NCBI GenBank assembly: GCA_022813965.1 | Contig: JALDZS010000086.1 | Coordinates: 1 to 64,000 of the forward strand | Reading direction: 5' to 3' | Source of the DNA: Toensbergia leucococca | Lineage: Eukaryota | DNA length: 64,000 nt | Part shown: in pieces, positions 38,613 to 50,618 of the stretch | Position numbering within the stretch: position 1 is the stretch's first letter | How the letters are laid out: each line of letters begins with the position of its first letter | The notes under the pieces: generated by a model | Told to the model about the DNA's origin: nothing | Database searches by the model: none | What the model saw: the letters and a program-made list of their open reading frames with translations, nothing else | Program-made: the position numbers and the translations under genes

Positions 38613-39840
38613 TTATAGATCACCCACCTCAATCGCGTCCAAGAGCCAGACAGTATTGTCGGTCATAAAGAATCCAATTTCATTGATGGTATTCTCACTG
38701 AACAAAACATCAAATCCTTTGGTTGTCTCAGAATCCAGAACCACAAACTTGGTTGTATACGTCTTTTGGCGCCCCAATACATGCCAGTTGAGGGTGATTT
38801 GTCCCAATGGCTTGATAGTCAGCTCCCCTCGTCCGAGGGGTACAAGATTGTCTCCTTGGTATGGTTGCATTTTCATGCCCAGTCTGTCCAGACTATTTTG
38901 GCTGAGGATGTCGGCCTTTGATGCAGTATCTAGTTTGCCTCTCTCTCTACCTGATGTTCCATCCTGTTTGTCAATAACCATTGTAAGGACCGATTTGTAC
39001 GGGCCAATTGAGTCAGCGGTTCTGAGAGTGGGTGCTTCTTCGGCTGGCATCTGTTGGTGGTCAATCCCAACCATGCATACGTCAAGCTGGACAGGTTCTG
39101 CCGCTAGGTGGCTCCCACCATGCTCAAGAGAAAGCGTTCGCAACATTAACAGGCTAGGCGACGGCTCTCTTATCACGGATGGGGTCTCTGATCGCTCTTC
39201 CCATTCCTCTGATGCCGACTGGAGACCTAGCTGCTGCGCTGGCAGTCCCGTATATCTGGAGTCAACCCTAGCCTCACAACTAGCGGCCATTCCCCTTCCC
39301 GATGTACCATCGAGGGCTTCCAAGGGCGTCGATTTTGGTACTTGAACTTCAGGATGAGAACTTGTGGAACACTGGTGAGTGACGTTCTTCGGTTCTGATT
39401 CCTCGTTACTGATCGAGTGGAATTGCGGTTCGAAATCGGGCGTAGTATCCGGATATAAGTCTGCCGCTTTACTTTCCTTGAAGTGATATCTCAGTAACAA
39501 CATTCGTTATTACATGAGAGAATACCAACGTTACCTTCGAGCGAGCTGCATTCCAACGAATTATGCCTCTTTTTGCTTGCTGTAAGATTCCCTCTCTTCC
39601 TATCCAGCCAATCTTACCTTCTCGATCGTCGCTGGCATGTGTGTCTTTCGTATCTTCTGCTTGAAGTCGCTGCGGACTCTTATCAAGGCCGTCCACCAGC
39701 CCAACTCCTCGATTTTCGTCTTCCTGTGGCAGGCTGTGAGTTGGGGCAAGAGATCTCTGCAACCATCTCCCTAGATATGATTTGTTATCTTTACAGCACC
39801 ACCATGGATACGGGAGATCAAACATACTTTGAAGACACAT
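38613..39840 (-). CDS. Retropepsin-like (gag-Asp protease-like) domain protein with long disordered N-terminus
   Basis: C-terminal GKLDTASKADILS..PLGQITLNW..TKFVVLD..FDVLFS. ORF 39469-39840 joins ORF 38613-39503 via a phase-0 intron ~39477-39534 (GTAACG..CTGAG..AAG). Confidence 0.65.
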
Positions 39841-39859
39841 GATCGCTATGCTGTCCGAA

Positions 39860-40460
39860 CGGGTTGATTAGGGACACTGTTTTGAATATTTTACTGAAAT
39901 TTACTGATACTGAGGTAATTTCATGATTACGGACACCACGTTTTGATACGTTGACAGGTCCCGGGCGCAAAACCGCACAGGGAATTTTCATGATTTTGCA
40001 TCACATATTGACTTGATTCTCTGCCTCTTTTGCATGCTATTTACCTCCTCAATTGCGTGCCATTTAGTATTAAAATTACCTAGGGAATCTTCATGGCTTT
40101 GCACCTCATTTTGACTCAAACTTAGACCCTATTACCTACCTACCTACTCCCTGACCTTATCTGTTACACATTCTCACCTTCATCTAGTGTCAGGGGTGAG
40201 ACTGAGGGTGAGGGTGAGGTAAACAGAGTAGAGAGGTTGATTAGGTGAAAAAAATCGTGTTATTCAGGTGAATGATAAGGAGGCTGTTTACCGCGTTGTC
40301 AGAAATCAAGTAATGATTGTGATGTGAAATCATGATGTTTTCTCAGATAACATTTATTAACAGAATAGTGTATCAATTGCCCTAGTAAAACGCCTGAGAA
40401 ACACTTGGGTATTATGCATTATTGGTGGTAAAATATTCAGAAAAAGTGTGATCAATCCGG
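39860..40460. mobile_element. Decayed AT-rich foldback / MITE-like element
   Basis: Nested inverted repeats: TGAATATTTTAC at 39883-39894 vs its reverse complement at 40428-40439, and a ~35-bp imperfect IR at 39989-40023 vs 40300-40335. No coding capacity. Confidence 0.5.
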
Positions 40461-41516
40461 GTGGCTGTGCACCTGCGCACCTGCTGCCCACCTGCCCAAA
40501 CCACCAAAAACTTAGTCTGTAGCAGAGAGCCTACCTACCTACCCACACACCCGCAATCATACGGGACCCCTCACCTAGGATTTCCGGTATTTGCTTTGCA
40601 TCGCGAGCCTACGTACGTGTATCCCTCCTTGTCTACCATTCATCATCATCTTGAACGCCCCACATACGCCCCATTTGAAGTCTTTAGTCTCCTGGCCTAT
40701 CAAATACTGAGAATTGCTGGTAGTCTGTCAAGTAATGGCTATCAGAAAATCTGCTCATTGAGATAGTAAGACCACTCTTAAGGCGATAAAAACAGGATGC
40801 AGGGACATATTACCCAAGATTGAATCAAAAGGCTAGTATTCGGGATGCCTGATCGCATGCACATTTAATTAGATGGTGATGGATGGCTATTAGGCCATTC
40901 ATGTAGTTATGTTCTTGTTTGAAGCGTTTGTGTGGCAACCCTTTTTTAAACTGCGTGCTCAGTTGAATTAAATGCTGCCTACCTGATTGATTTCCCAGCC
41001 CTACCGCAACATCGCAAACGGGGAACGTCATGATCCTTGATTCTAATTCACCATACCATTCTATGGCATGCGATTCATGACCTCCTTGTTATTGCATGCC
41101 TTGGTTCCAAAGAGTGTTTGTACTAAACTGCCCATTCTAGCGACGGCCATCGAGGGATTGAAAGGAACCTGTAGGGGCTTCATTAATTGTCATCCGTGAT
41201 GTACCTCGAAGTTGAATAAAAACGCTCAACGTCGGCTTCACCATGTTCATACTCGAGGGCACGATTTACCTTCCAGGTTGCTTTGACAATGAAGCACATA
41301 ACGGCACGTGACTGTGAGAGAAGGCTGATGTGCATTGATACCTTGCAATCGAGTAATGATGTCGTGGCAGCTCTACCATCTATCTGGTTGCATTCTCCCC
41401 TACAATTCTTTCAACATGAAACCGTTGTCTGATGCTTTTGGTTACAGTACTTCAAGATTTGAAATACCAGATCTAGTACGGAGTACGGATATCCTATCTA
41501 ATAAGTCCAAAACGTT

Positions 41517-42538
41517 ATGGCCAACTATAATAAGCTCGCTGCCTTGATAGGAACTCATCAAGAAATGGCATTATTCCGGCAATTTGCAGCCTTGAACGCG
41601 AAAAATCTTCTTTACATGCAATCAGAGTTGGTTCATCTGGAGGCCGAACTGACAAGCATCGAATCGGAAGATAGATGCTCTGAAGATAGCGAAAAAGCTT
41701 CATTGCAAGACTCCGTTTTCAACCTTAAGGAGTCCTCAGGCACCACCAGGGATCTACAATGGCGGAAAGGTTTAGAGATCCGTGAAAAGATGAACAATTA
41801 CAGTTAGTAAAGCTTCTATGATTCGCCCAGGCAAAGCTAACGTGACTGTGTTTCGTTCCCAAGACCGTGCACTTCTGCAATTCTCCCAGATCCAGAGGTT
41901 CGAAAAACCAGATGATACCAACCTGAAGCTCTTACAAGAATGGCTGGACCGACCTGAAGGTGGAGACTTCTTCTTGCGGGGACGGGAAGCAGATATTTGG
42001 GAGAGTGACAAAGATCTGATTGCCCTTTCCAGGCGACAGGCAGATAAAGATTGCATCACACATTTTATAAGCGATGTGTTGATTCCCTGGTACCATCATC
42101 GGTGGGGCAATCGAGTCAAGGTATTGCCCAGCTCCGACCACCAAAAAATACTGCAGCTGAGTCCGTGTGCCTTCGATATAAAAAGCTTACCTCGGGCAAA
42201 GACTGGAACGGCTTATGGCACTACGAAGAAGCTACTTTTGTTGCTGTCGCGAATGCCATCAGCACTGTTCTCTCTTCGCTGTTGCCAACAACTTCGATTC
42301 TGGTTCTGTACTTCATTGAGGACCCTGTGGCAAGACTAGTGATTATGATGCTTTTTACAGCACTCTTCTCACTAACATTGGCTACTGTTGCCAAGGCCAG
42401 GCGTATCGACGTGTTTGCTGCAACAACAGCGTAAGTATCATGATGGCCTGATAAAGCTCTGCTAAACTGCCTGATTGATCTAGATTTGCGGCCGTCCAGG
42501 TCGTCTTTATAGGAAGGACAAGTTCGTGCTCTTCCTGA
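41517..42538 (+). CDS. DUF6594-family fungal membrane protein (N-terminal helical region, three C-terminal TM helices)
   Basis: NYNKLAALIG..FRQFAALNAKNLLYMQSELVHLEAEL, EWLDRPEGG, DLIAL, SSLLPTTSILVLY..IDVFAATTA|FAAVQVVFIG. Three introns. Confidence 0.8.
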
Positions 42539-42749
42539 GATCCTTTTATTCCCAGAGGATTGAGTACGAAGTTGAAAACTTGAATTTGAAAAACTTTTCT
42601 CTAGACTGATATTGTGGCTTGCTTGTTTGTCCTTGCTGGTGGCTTTATGTTTGCATAATGATAAGTACCAACGACGCGCATCAAGTAGCAGAAAGTTCTC
42701 CTCTTCTTTTGTTTTCAGGAACATGTTGCTAGCACTACTCGAATCTTTC

Positions 42750-43450
42750 TCGCTGGCTCTCTAGATGCAACTATCATCCCTGTGCCTTTCCATTTCTGGC
42801 TCACCCAAGTCGTTGATAAGCCAAGTCTTATCGGCAACTCTCAACACTGCTGAATTTCTCATCAGTTCCTATTTCTATAAGGTGTAAGTCTGTTTTTGGT
42901 TTTCATTTCAACTAGCTAAAACGTGTCGTCTAGATATACTAGGAGAGGAGGTGCATTGGCCCCGACGGCCGCCCAAATGCAGAGGAGTTGAATCCCTTCT
43001 GGTCACTCCTGCCAAACTATTATCAGTCGACTGAATACCACGTAGACCATTAGCTGGAAGAACTTACGACCCAGCCAATCATCTTGCAACCAGAACCATG
43101 AGAACAATATTTACCAAGTTTCAAGAATGAACACCCTAGATATCTATCTCTGAGCCAGAGGCCGAGCCCGCATCCGAGTTTATTGAGCTCTTAGGCGGTT
43201 CTTATTTCTATCGAAGCAGTGTCTCGACTAGTGGTAGGAGAAGACATCTCCCATAGCCGCCGAAGGTATTGGCAAAGCCGACAAAAAGGCCTTTATACCC
43301 TCTTCTTAAGACCCTCTATTCTGCCAAACTCAACATCAGGACAACTATCTTGACATAATCTTCCGCACCATGAACGAGACACAAAACCTCCCCCCAACCT
43401 CTTAGCCCCGCACTCCCTCTCCAAAAGAAAGAACGGGCTAATCAATACTC
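42750..43450 (+). pseudogene. Possible degraded gene fragment, unidentified
   Basis: Protein-like stretches interrupted by several stops and frameshifts, with an intron-like GTAAGT..GCTAA..TAG at ~42884-42933. Confidence 0.3.
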
Positions 43451-43499
43451 ACTAAACAGCCACGTAGCTCTCTAATCCAGCCAAGCCTCCCTCAATACT

Positions 43500-45180
43500 C
43501 CCCCCAAAGCCTGCTCCATACAAGATCTCGACCCAAAACACCCCATCAATCCAGAACAAGTTCGTCAAACATAAAAGTCAGCCTGATTAGTAGTTAGTGA
43601 ATTTAAAAAGATGTCGTTGATATAAGTTCCTCTTGACATACACGCTCCCCGCATCTCAGTTCCTCATCCCTCCATTTTCATCGTCGCCTCAGACTCCGTT
43701 CTAACTTGGCATCTCTCGGAGCAAAGGAAATTACCCCGCTTTGCCCGCCGTTCGCAGTACTCTCTCATCAAACGCACCGCCTTCTACTCAAGCAAGTCCT
43801 TTACAATACGATCTACGACAGCAATGATTTTCTTGATCTCCCTTACTTGCTCCTTAGCCAAGGGAATGAAACGAGCATGATGCTTGTGTCAATGATCCAG
43901 TTCTCCATCATGCTCATCTTGTTTGATCTTGTCATATCAGCCTGAGATGTCATTGTAGTTATTGATATAGCAGTCTGAAAGCATTGCTTCAAACTTTGAA
44001 TCAGACCTGTCACATTCTCAGAAGTAGCAAGTGTTGATGATAGTGTCACAACAGGTCACGGGGCAATTGTTATTTTCACAGTAGACATTGCAGATACCGA
44101 TGTTGTAATGTGAGAGTGACAATGAGCAACTGAGCTTGTGATGTGAGAAAGCTCTCTTTCAGAATGTCATCTTCTTCATTTTCATGAAGACTTTCTATCA
44201 TTCTTCAGCAAACAAATCATCTTCATCATTCATCTGATGATGCCCATTCACTTCATCATTAGTAGAAATTTGTATGTCTTTTTCTAATCAGAAAATTACC
44301 CTGCTTTGAGTGCCCAGGTTTAAAGTTCTGGACGCCAGCTGACCCTCTGTAAAATCCTGACTTAGTTGAATGTCTCAGTGTAAACAAGATGTTTGTGGTC
44401 AGGGCTGAGACTGAACGCTGCGGGGGTTCAAGAGTCTGAAGCAACGGTGTCACAGGGCTATACGCCAAATCAGAAGGCAAAATGTATGATGACTGTGACT
44501 TCTTAATCAACGATGTGGATTCAGCTTTCAGAGGTCCAAATTGATTAGAAGACACTGAGGAGGCAGCATCACTTGAGCCTGAACAGGAGGTGGCTGAGGT
44601 TGTGAAATCGCTGAAGCCGGATCAGGAGCGTCAACGGGGGCCGGAAGTTGAGTCATACCACAACGGAGCCAACGTCAGCTTTTTCTCTGAACATTTCCTT
44701 GTTTCTGAGCTTGAGGGTTGGACCTCAAATGATGCAAAGCAGACGAAGTTGACAGAATATAGTAGTAGAGTAAGTAAAATGTCCGCGTACATTTTCCTCA
44801 ACATATGAGGTTATCTGCTTTGAAAGTAAAGAGTGCTGGTTTTCTAGCTGAACTGCGAGCGAGGAAGGCTTACAAAATAGTTGAGGATGAAGACTTGGAT
44901 GAGATCTGAATTGATAAAGTTCGTAATCCTGATTGCAACTGTGCTTCAGCTTCTCAAGATCTTGAACTAGTGTGATATAGTCTCTGCGAAAAGATGCAAT
45001 CTCAGTCTCATGAAGCTTTGCGTCTTTCAATGCCCATTCAATTGTAGGAGAATATTTTCATTCAAACCTACACCGTGTAGACTGACACCCGAAGGTGAAG
45101 CGTAAGAATGATTGATTGATGATACTGAGGCTGCTGAAGGTGAGGGATTGTGAGCTATGACCCTGTCATGCTGCATGTTG
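43500..45180 (-). pseudogene. CpG-decayed gene or repeat relic
   Basis: Coding-like frames broken by many TGA stops. CpG is very rare and TpG/CpA abundant (e.g. 43940-44320). Intron-like GTAAGC at ~44873. Confidence 0.45.
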
Positions 45181-45539
45181 ATTCATAGTCAGGGCTGCAG
45201 GAATATACGGCGGTGTCTAGTCCCTCCCGCGGCGGGTTTCTCTTCACTGCAGAGTCCGCTGAATATGATCTTGCGAGGGTCCGGACCCTAGATCTTTGAT
45301 GTCAATGGCTTTTGTAGAGCCTGTTGCGGGGATGGCCTTCAGAATGTCATATCGTTTTAAACACAACATCTTTTCTGACAGCTCAAAATTTGAGTCCAGC
45401 TGCTAGACAGCACAAGACCGCGTTCAGGTGCCGAAAATCTCCATTGACAAATCAGATAAAAGAGGTTGTGACAGAGCCTCCTGCGCATGATCTGAGATCC
45501 TTGCAGAGCATTTAGAAGCCCTTCCCATGGCGTTCATAT

Positions 45540-47108
45540 CTAAGATGCGTGGTGCGGCGAAGTAAGGTATACGCTTTTGATACGTTGCATTTGGCCCAGA
45601 ATCCATTTGCACTGCCCAGCTCGTAATGGTAACCCTGGCTGTAGAAGCTCCGAGAGCCGCCTAGTAAGGAAGAACCCAGTGTATGCAGCCGCCGAATCAT
45701 AATGCTCGGTTGGCGTAGCATTAGATTCAATACGTGGATATTGCACAGTCTTGTCATCGAATCGCAGGACTTCGACTCTGTCTCCAAGATGATATGGTAC
45801 ACTAGCGCAGATCGTATCCGCCAAATCTTGCACGTTATTGCGCGCGTTCACTCGAGTTGTGTCAAAAAAAGGACTGCCCAGCTGCTCGAGGCAGGCCAGT
45901 ATTACGAGCTGAACCTTGATACGCGAGCCACATTGTCCGTTGAGGATATCGGCGATGAAGATGCTTTTGTGGACAGTGCAATGAGCTTGATACAATCCGG
46001 CGTCGCGTACGCTTTGTGGAATGCATTCTGGATCCCATATGTAAGTAGGGATCCAGTCATCAGGGATTGTGGAGGTCCAGGCAACCAGTCGCTGATCGAG
46101 TTCATTGGCCTTGGCTAAGATTTCTAAAGCAAAAGAATCCTTCTTTGCAGGATCTAACATGAGTGAGAGTCCCGAGGCTGAAGCCCGAAGGTTCACCACT
46201 TCAAAGTGAATCTCTTCAAGTTCGAATCCCGGTGATTTGAAGATATTGCGGTCGCATATAGTCCAATCTAAAACATCTTCCGAGACGGCTTCCCTTTTGC
46301 TCAGGGCTCTTTCCACAATCAGGCTGCGTACTCCCAATAAGATCCTCTGAGATATCTCGCTGTTGAAGGCTAGTCTTCGTCGATTCTCGATCAATGCCCT
46401 GGCACCTGTCACGTGTGGACTTATATGAGGCCTGGATGCACAGAACGAGGTAACACCATCGTACATATCCAGCATGAGGATAGCCATTAGAACATCATCA
46501 TTGATCTTTTCGGAACTCTGTAAACGTCGTCTAACAGCCGCAATGCCTTGCACATAGTGCGATCGTGCCAAAGACTGAGGTGAGTTTGGATTCAGCCGGG
46601 ACCATGCCTCGAGTAGGCACAGAGCCACAGCATTGACCGCTGGCCTTAGCGGTGACACGGGACTTGCCTGCGTCCAGATTGGGTATACACAATCCAAAAA
46701 GCCCCGTGGAATATTTGAATCCTTAGGAAGCAGGATGTACGAGGTGAAGAAGAAATTGAGAGCATAATCCTCACAATCTTGAGGCATGACCCTTGGTACA
46801 TCGTGGTAACACGGCCTTGCTAGTTCTGTTTTTGTGCTTCTATCGCGATGGGGTTTTTCGCTAGCTTTCAATCGACGTTGCACTGCTTTGCTCGCCACTG
46901 CGTTCTGATCTCTCCACACAATGTCAAATTGAGACTTGGGCATGTGACACGGAACTTGCTTTTTCAGGCAGTAAGAGCAAGTAGGCTTTGCTTCATCACA
47001 CTGAACCCAGGTCAGTCATCGTTTGAGGATCAGCTCCACCAGTCTTGCCTTGATATGACGCTTGCGACAGACTTCACAGCCACCACTGGGTTTGCCTGTA
47101 TATACCAT
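45540..47108 (-). CDS. Zn(II)2Cys6 transcription factor with fungal-specific TF domain
   Basis: MVYTGKPSGGCEVCRKRHIK|CDEAKPTCSYCLKKQVPC, FDIVWRDQ, LADTICASVPYHLG. GC-AG intron 47001-47048. Confidence 0.9.
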
Positions 47109-47716
47109 CCTGTATAGTATGTCTAACGGTTCCGCTTCGAGCTATAATGACGCATTACTCGTTCTGTTCCAGATGAATCACTGCCAGGTGATAATAACAG
47201 ATGGCCTATCCATCTCCGACATAAGAAACCGGTCAAAACGTTCATAGTTGGCGATGATGATAATGATGACCTCATTCGTCTGACTTTGCAGAATAGGTCG
47301 GCACGGTCGGGTAGGAAAGCTGGAAAGTCAGAGCAAGTTGGCACCTGCTTTGGCCCTAGCTTGGCACGCTTGGCTCAAAGAGCACTCTGCGGCTCACCGT
47401 TGATCTTATCCTGAAGAGGCTTAGTGACGCAAATACGACCTGAATAAGACTAGTCTTGATCTTATACACACTTCGAATCCTCAATCACTACCTTACCTAT
47501 TGACCAAACGCCTTTGCTTGCAGAGGCGCAAGCATGAACCAGATGAGGACTGAGATCGCATCTGTTGATGCATGCAGGAGTCATCATATTTACAAGAAAT
47601 ATGGCAATATAAAAGAGTCCTTTTTCCCCTTCAAGAATCTACATCATTCTGCAATCACATAGACCCCAGCCTTCAATCTCTTGCTTACTCTACGAAACAT
47701 TCTCCTTCTGCTTGCA

Positions 47717-48849
47717 ATGCATTCAAACGCCCCCATCAGCGCAAGTGAAGTCATGTCACCGTTTCACTTATCGATCTGTCAGGAAGAGAAGATTCCTAGC
47801 AAGTTTGTACAGTTCTGGCGACGTATTTACCGTCCTCTTGGTTTTCAAAAGGGGTACAACTTCCCATTATGTTGGTCTACCCTATAAATACTGTCATGAT
47901 GATCCTAATATTTTCAGTCGTCATCTTCGCAGGAGCTCTTCTGGGCTTCACCGTCGCCCGTCTCTCCTACTTAAATATCTCCGGTACTGGTAGCAGTAGC
48001 TTTGCCAGTGGTGCATCACCCGGCGAGTGGTACTGGTTTAGCACCGGAATTTATCGCATTGGCATTACCCTGCACCTCACTACAATCCTACCCGCCGGCC
48101 TTCTTATGGTCTGGCAATTCGTACCCGTAATACGACATAATTTTCTCATCTTTCATCGCATCAATGGCTACCTTGTCATCGTCCTGGTCATCATGAGCAA
48201 CGTTGGCGCAGTGATTATTTGTCGACGAGCGTTCGGTGGCTCTTTGGAAACCCAAGCTGGAGTCGGAGTACTCGCAATCATTTCGACGGCCAGTATCGGC
48301 CTAGCTTATTACAACATCAAGCGTCTTCAAGTCGATCAACATCGCGCTTGGATGTTGAGAGCCATGTTTTACCTCGGCACCATCATCACACTGCGTTTGA
48401 TCATGATAATCTCTGCGCTTATCACAAGTAAGCTAAGCAGCTACTATACTACCATGTCATGCGGGGAGCTGCATTCCATCTATAGATCTAGCCAGGCAGT
48501 GGAAACTCTCTATCCTCAATGTGGCCCGCTCGGATCGACGGTCGATGGTCTTGTCATTGTACAAGCAACATTTGGGAACGGTCAGCCAGAACAGATCGGG
48601 GCGAGCTTACGAATGAGCTTCGGGATGGCCTTGTGGATGGCAATATTTTTGCACCTCACAGGAGTAGAGATACACTTGGCTCTGACGCCCCGAGAGAGCA
48701 ATAGGTTGAGACAGGTGAGCTATGAGAGGCAGGTGGAGAGAGGTTTGAGACCTTTCGGAAGCGCTGGGTTGACTGTTGATCGTTGGGGAGATGCTGAGCC
48801 TTGGAAGCCAATCAAAGAAGTGACGATGGCTAGTCCTGGCAAAGTATAA
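47717..48849 (+). CDS. DUF2306-family multi-pass membrane protein
   Basis: YRPLGFQKGYNFPL|FVIFAGALLGF, GITLHL..QFVPVIRH..FHRINGY, IKRLQVDQHRAWMLRA, LRQVSYERQ. One intron ~47871-47917. Confidence 0.8.
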
Positions 48850-50618
48850 AAGCATGAGATGCATGAGTCGGAATGAAAAGATAGTTTAGGCTGAAGTCAA
48901 GTAGACTGGGTGGGAGGGAAGCCTCTGCGCCGGCGATGGAGAGCACAGCTTGCGATGGTAGACCATAAGTTATCTATCTCAACGACGTTGACGATGCTTA
49001 TGTACCTCTTCTCTAAAAAAGGCGCGCTTACGAATGACGAACATCAGTCGGCAGCACGAGGACGTTTACTTTGAAACGGCCTCAAACAGTCTCGGGACGT
49101 TCAAGCATATGGTACTGAATTAAGAGATCGGTGGCTCTTGATCGTAATCCTACACGTTTTAGCCTGCCGTTTCCTCCGCTATGTGCTGTCCACCTTTGCC
49201 TTGGTGGTGATAGCGCATGCGGCGTGCTAATGTCAGACATTGGGAATGAAGAGTAAGACAACGGAACAACTAAGCTCACGTAGGCGTTTTGCTGGAACAA
49301 ATAAACAGCATAAGACCGGAGGAAGGAGGGTCTAAGCTGTATATCAATTCCTAGTGGACGACTATCTTGAATAACATATCTGTTACAATAGACTCAACCT
49401 GGGCTAGTCTAAAGGTCAAGCCGCGCCGGTAATCTCGAGCCTACCTATGAACCCTCATTTCACAGCCTCATTCTGTCTGGCCACCCTGATCTGGTTACGT
49501 CCCGTCCCCTATGAGAGGCGGCCTGACTGCAGTGGCCAACCACCTTGCGGGCTGGCCCCCCCAGGGTCGACAAAGGAGCGGAGAAAGAGGATCCTCGCCA
49601 TTGGCGAGTGCAACGGGATTAGCTGCTGATAATGTATGCTTTCTGTTCGCGTACAATCGTGCCAAGGAATAAACATTCGTACTCGCTTACTCATTTCATT
49701 CAGACTCGCCACTGAAAAGTTTCACCTTTACTCGAATTCTGCAATTCTCTTGAACCTTGAACTCCCATTTCCCTTTGATAATTTCTTGCGGCCATTTAAT
49801 CATTCTCTCTGATCTCTAGGTCTCCTTTCACCGAGCAAGAGACTCATTCACCGCAAATTTTGCAAATAACGTTCACCTTTAGCAGGCAGTGACATGAATA
49901 ATATACCACCTCGCTTCATGGGTAGATTGACAGAACTTGAACGGTCAGTCTAAATAGAAGGAGGTACAGAATCAGAGATGAACTCTAGAGATGACGAGAG
50001 GGCGTTTTGTCCCCAAGGCTGCATAAAACGAAGAGGGAATTGGCAGAAAGTGGAGGGCGGCAAATTAGACGATATGGTTAGTGGACGTAATAATCTTTAC
50101 AGCAAGAGAAAGGAACTCGACTATCTACCTAGATGGAAGAAGAGAGAGGAGAGATGAGAAGTGCCTTGGTTTCCATTGGACAGCCTTAGTCTTTATCTCC
50201 TAGGCTGCAGGTTTGACATATTCTTGCAGTGAGACATTTATTGCACACGCTCTCGAAAGGCGGGGTCATTTTGAGGAAAGGGACAATTAGCAGTCATCTA
50301 TGACTTGAATCTGTGTCATGTCAAATGTCAGCCGAACGGTGTCCATTTACCTTGTCATCTCGTATCTAAAAACATTCTTCATATCCTGATAAATCGTCAA
50401 TAACAAATCAGATGGCAAAGTGATAAAGCGTGGTCTTGATAAGTTTTCCCCGCTATTCTACTCGAGGACTGCGTGGAGTAATTGCCCTAAGTAGAAGCGA
50501 CCGTTGTATTGTAACGGCGCCCTGCTCATGTTATCGTGACAGCAGCCTCAACAACATTAGAGCTAGGACAGCTGCAATCCTCCCCATCGCGCATCTTTCC
50601 CATCACTCTACCCACGCC

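Noticed and set aside
38419..39345. 308-aa plus-strand ORF
   Set aside because: Antisense shadow of the retropepsin-like gene, non-ATG start, no recognisable motifs
36414..39840. LTR retrotransposon interpretation of the aspartyl-protease-like ORFs
   Set aside because: Genes have spliceosomal introns and no gag, RT, RNase H, integrase or LTRs are visible
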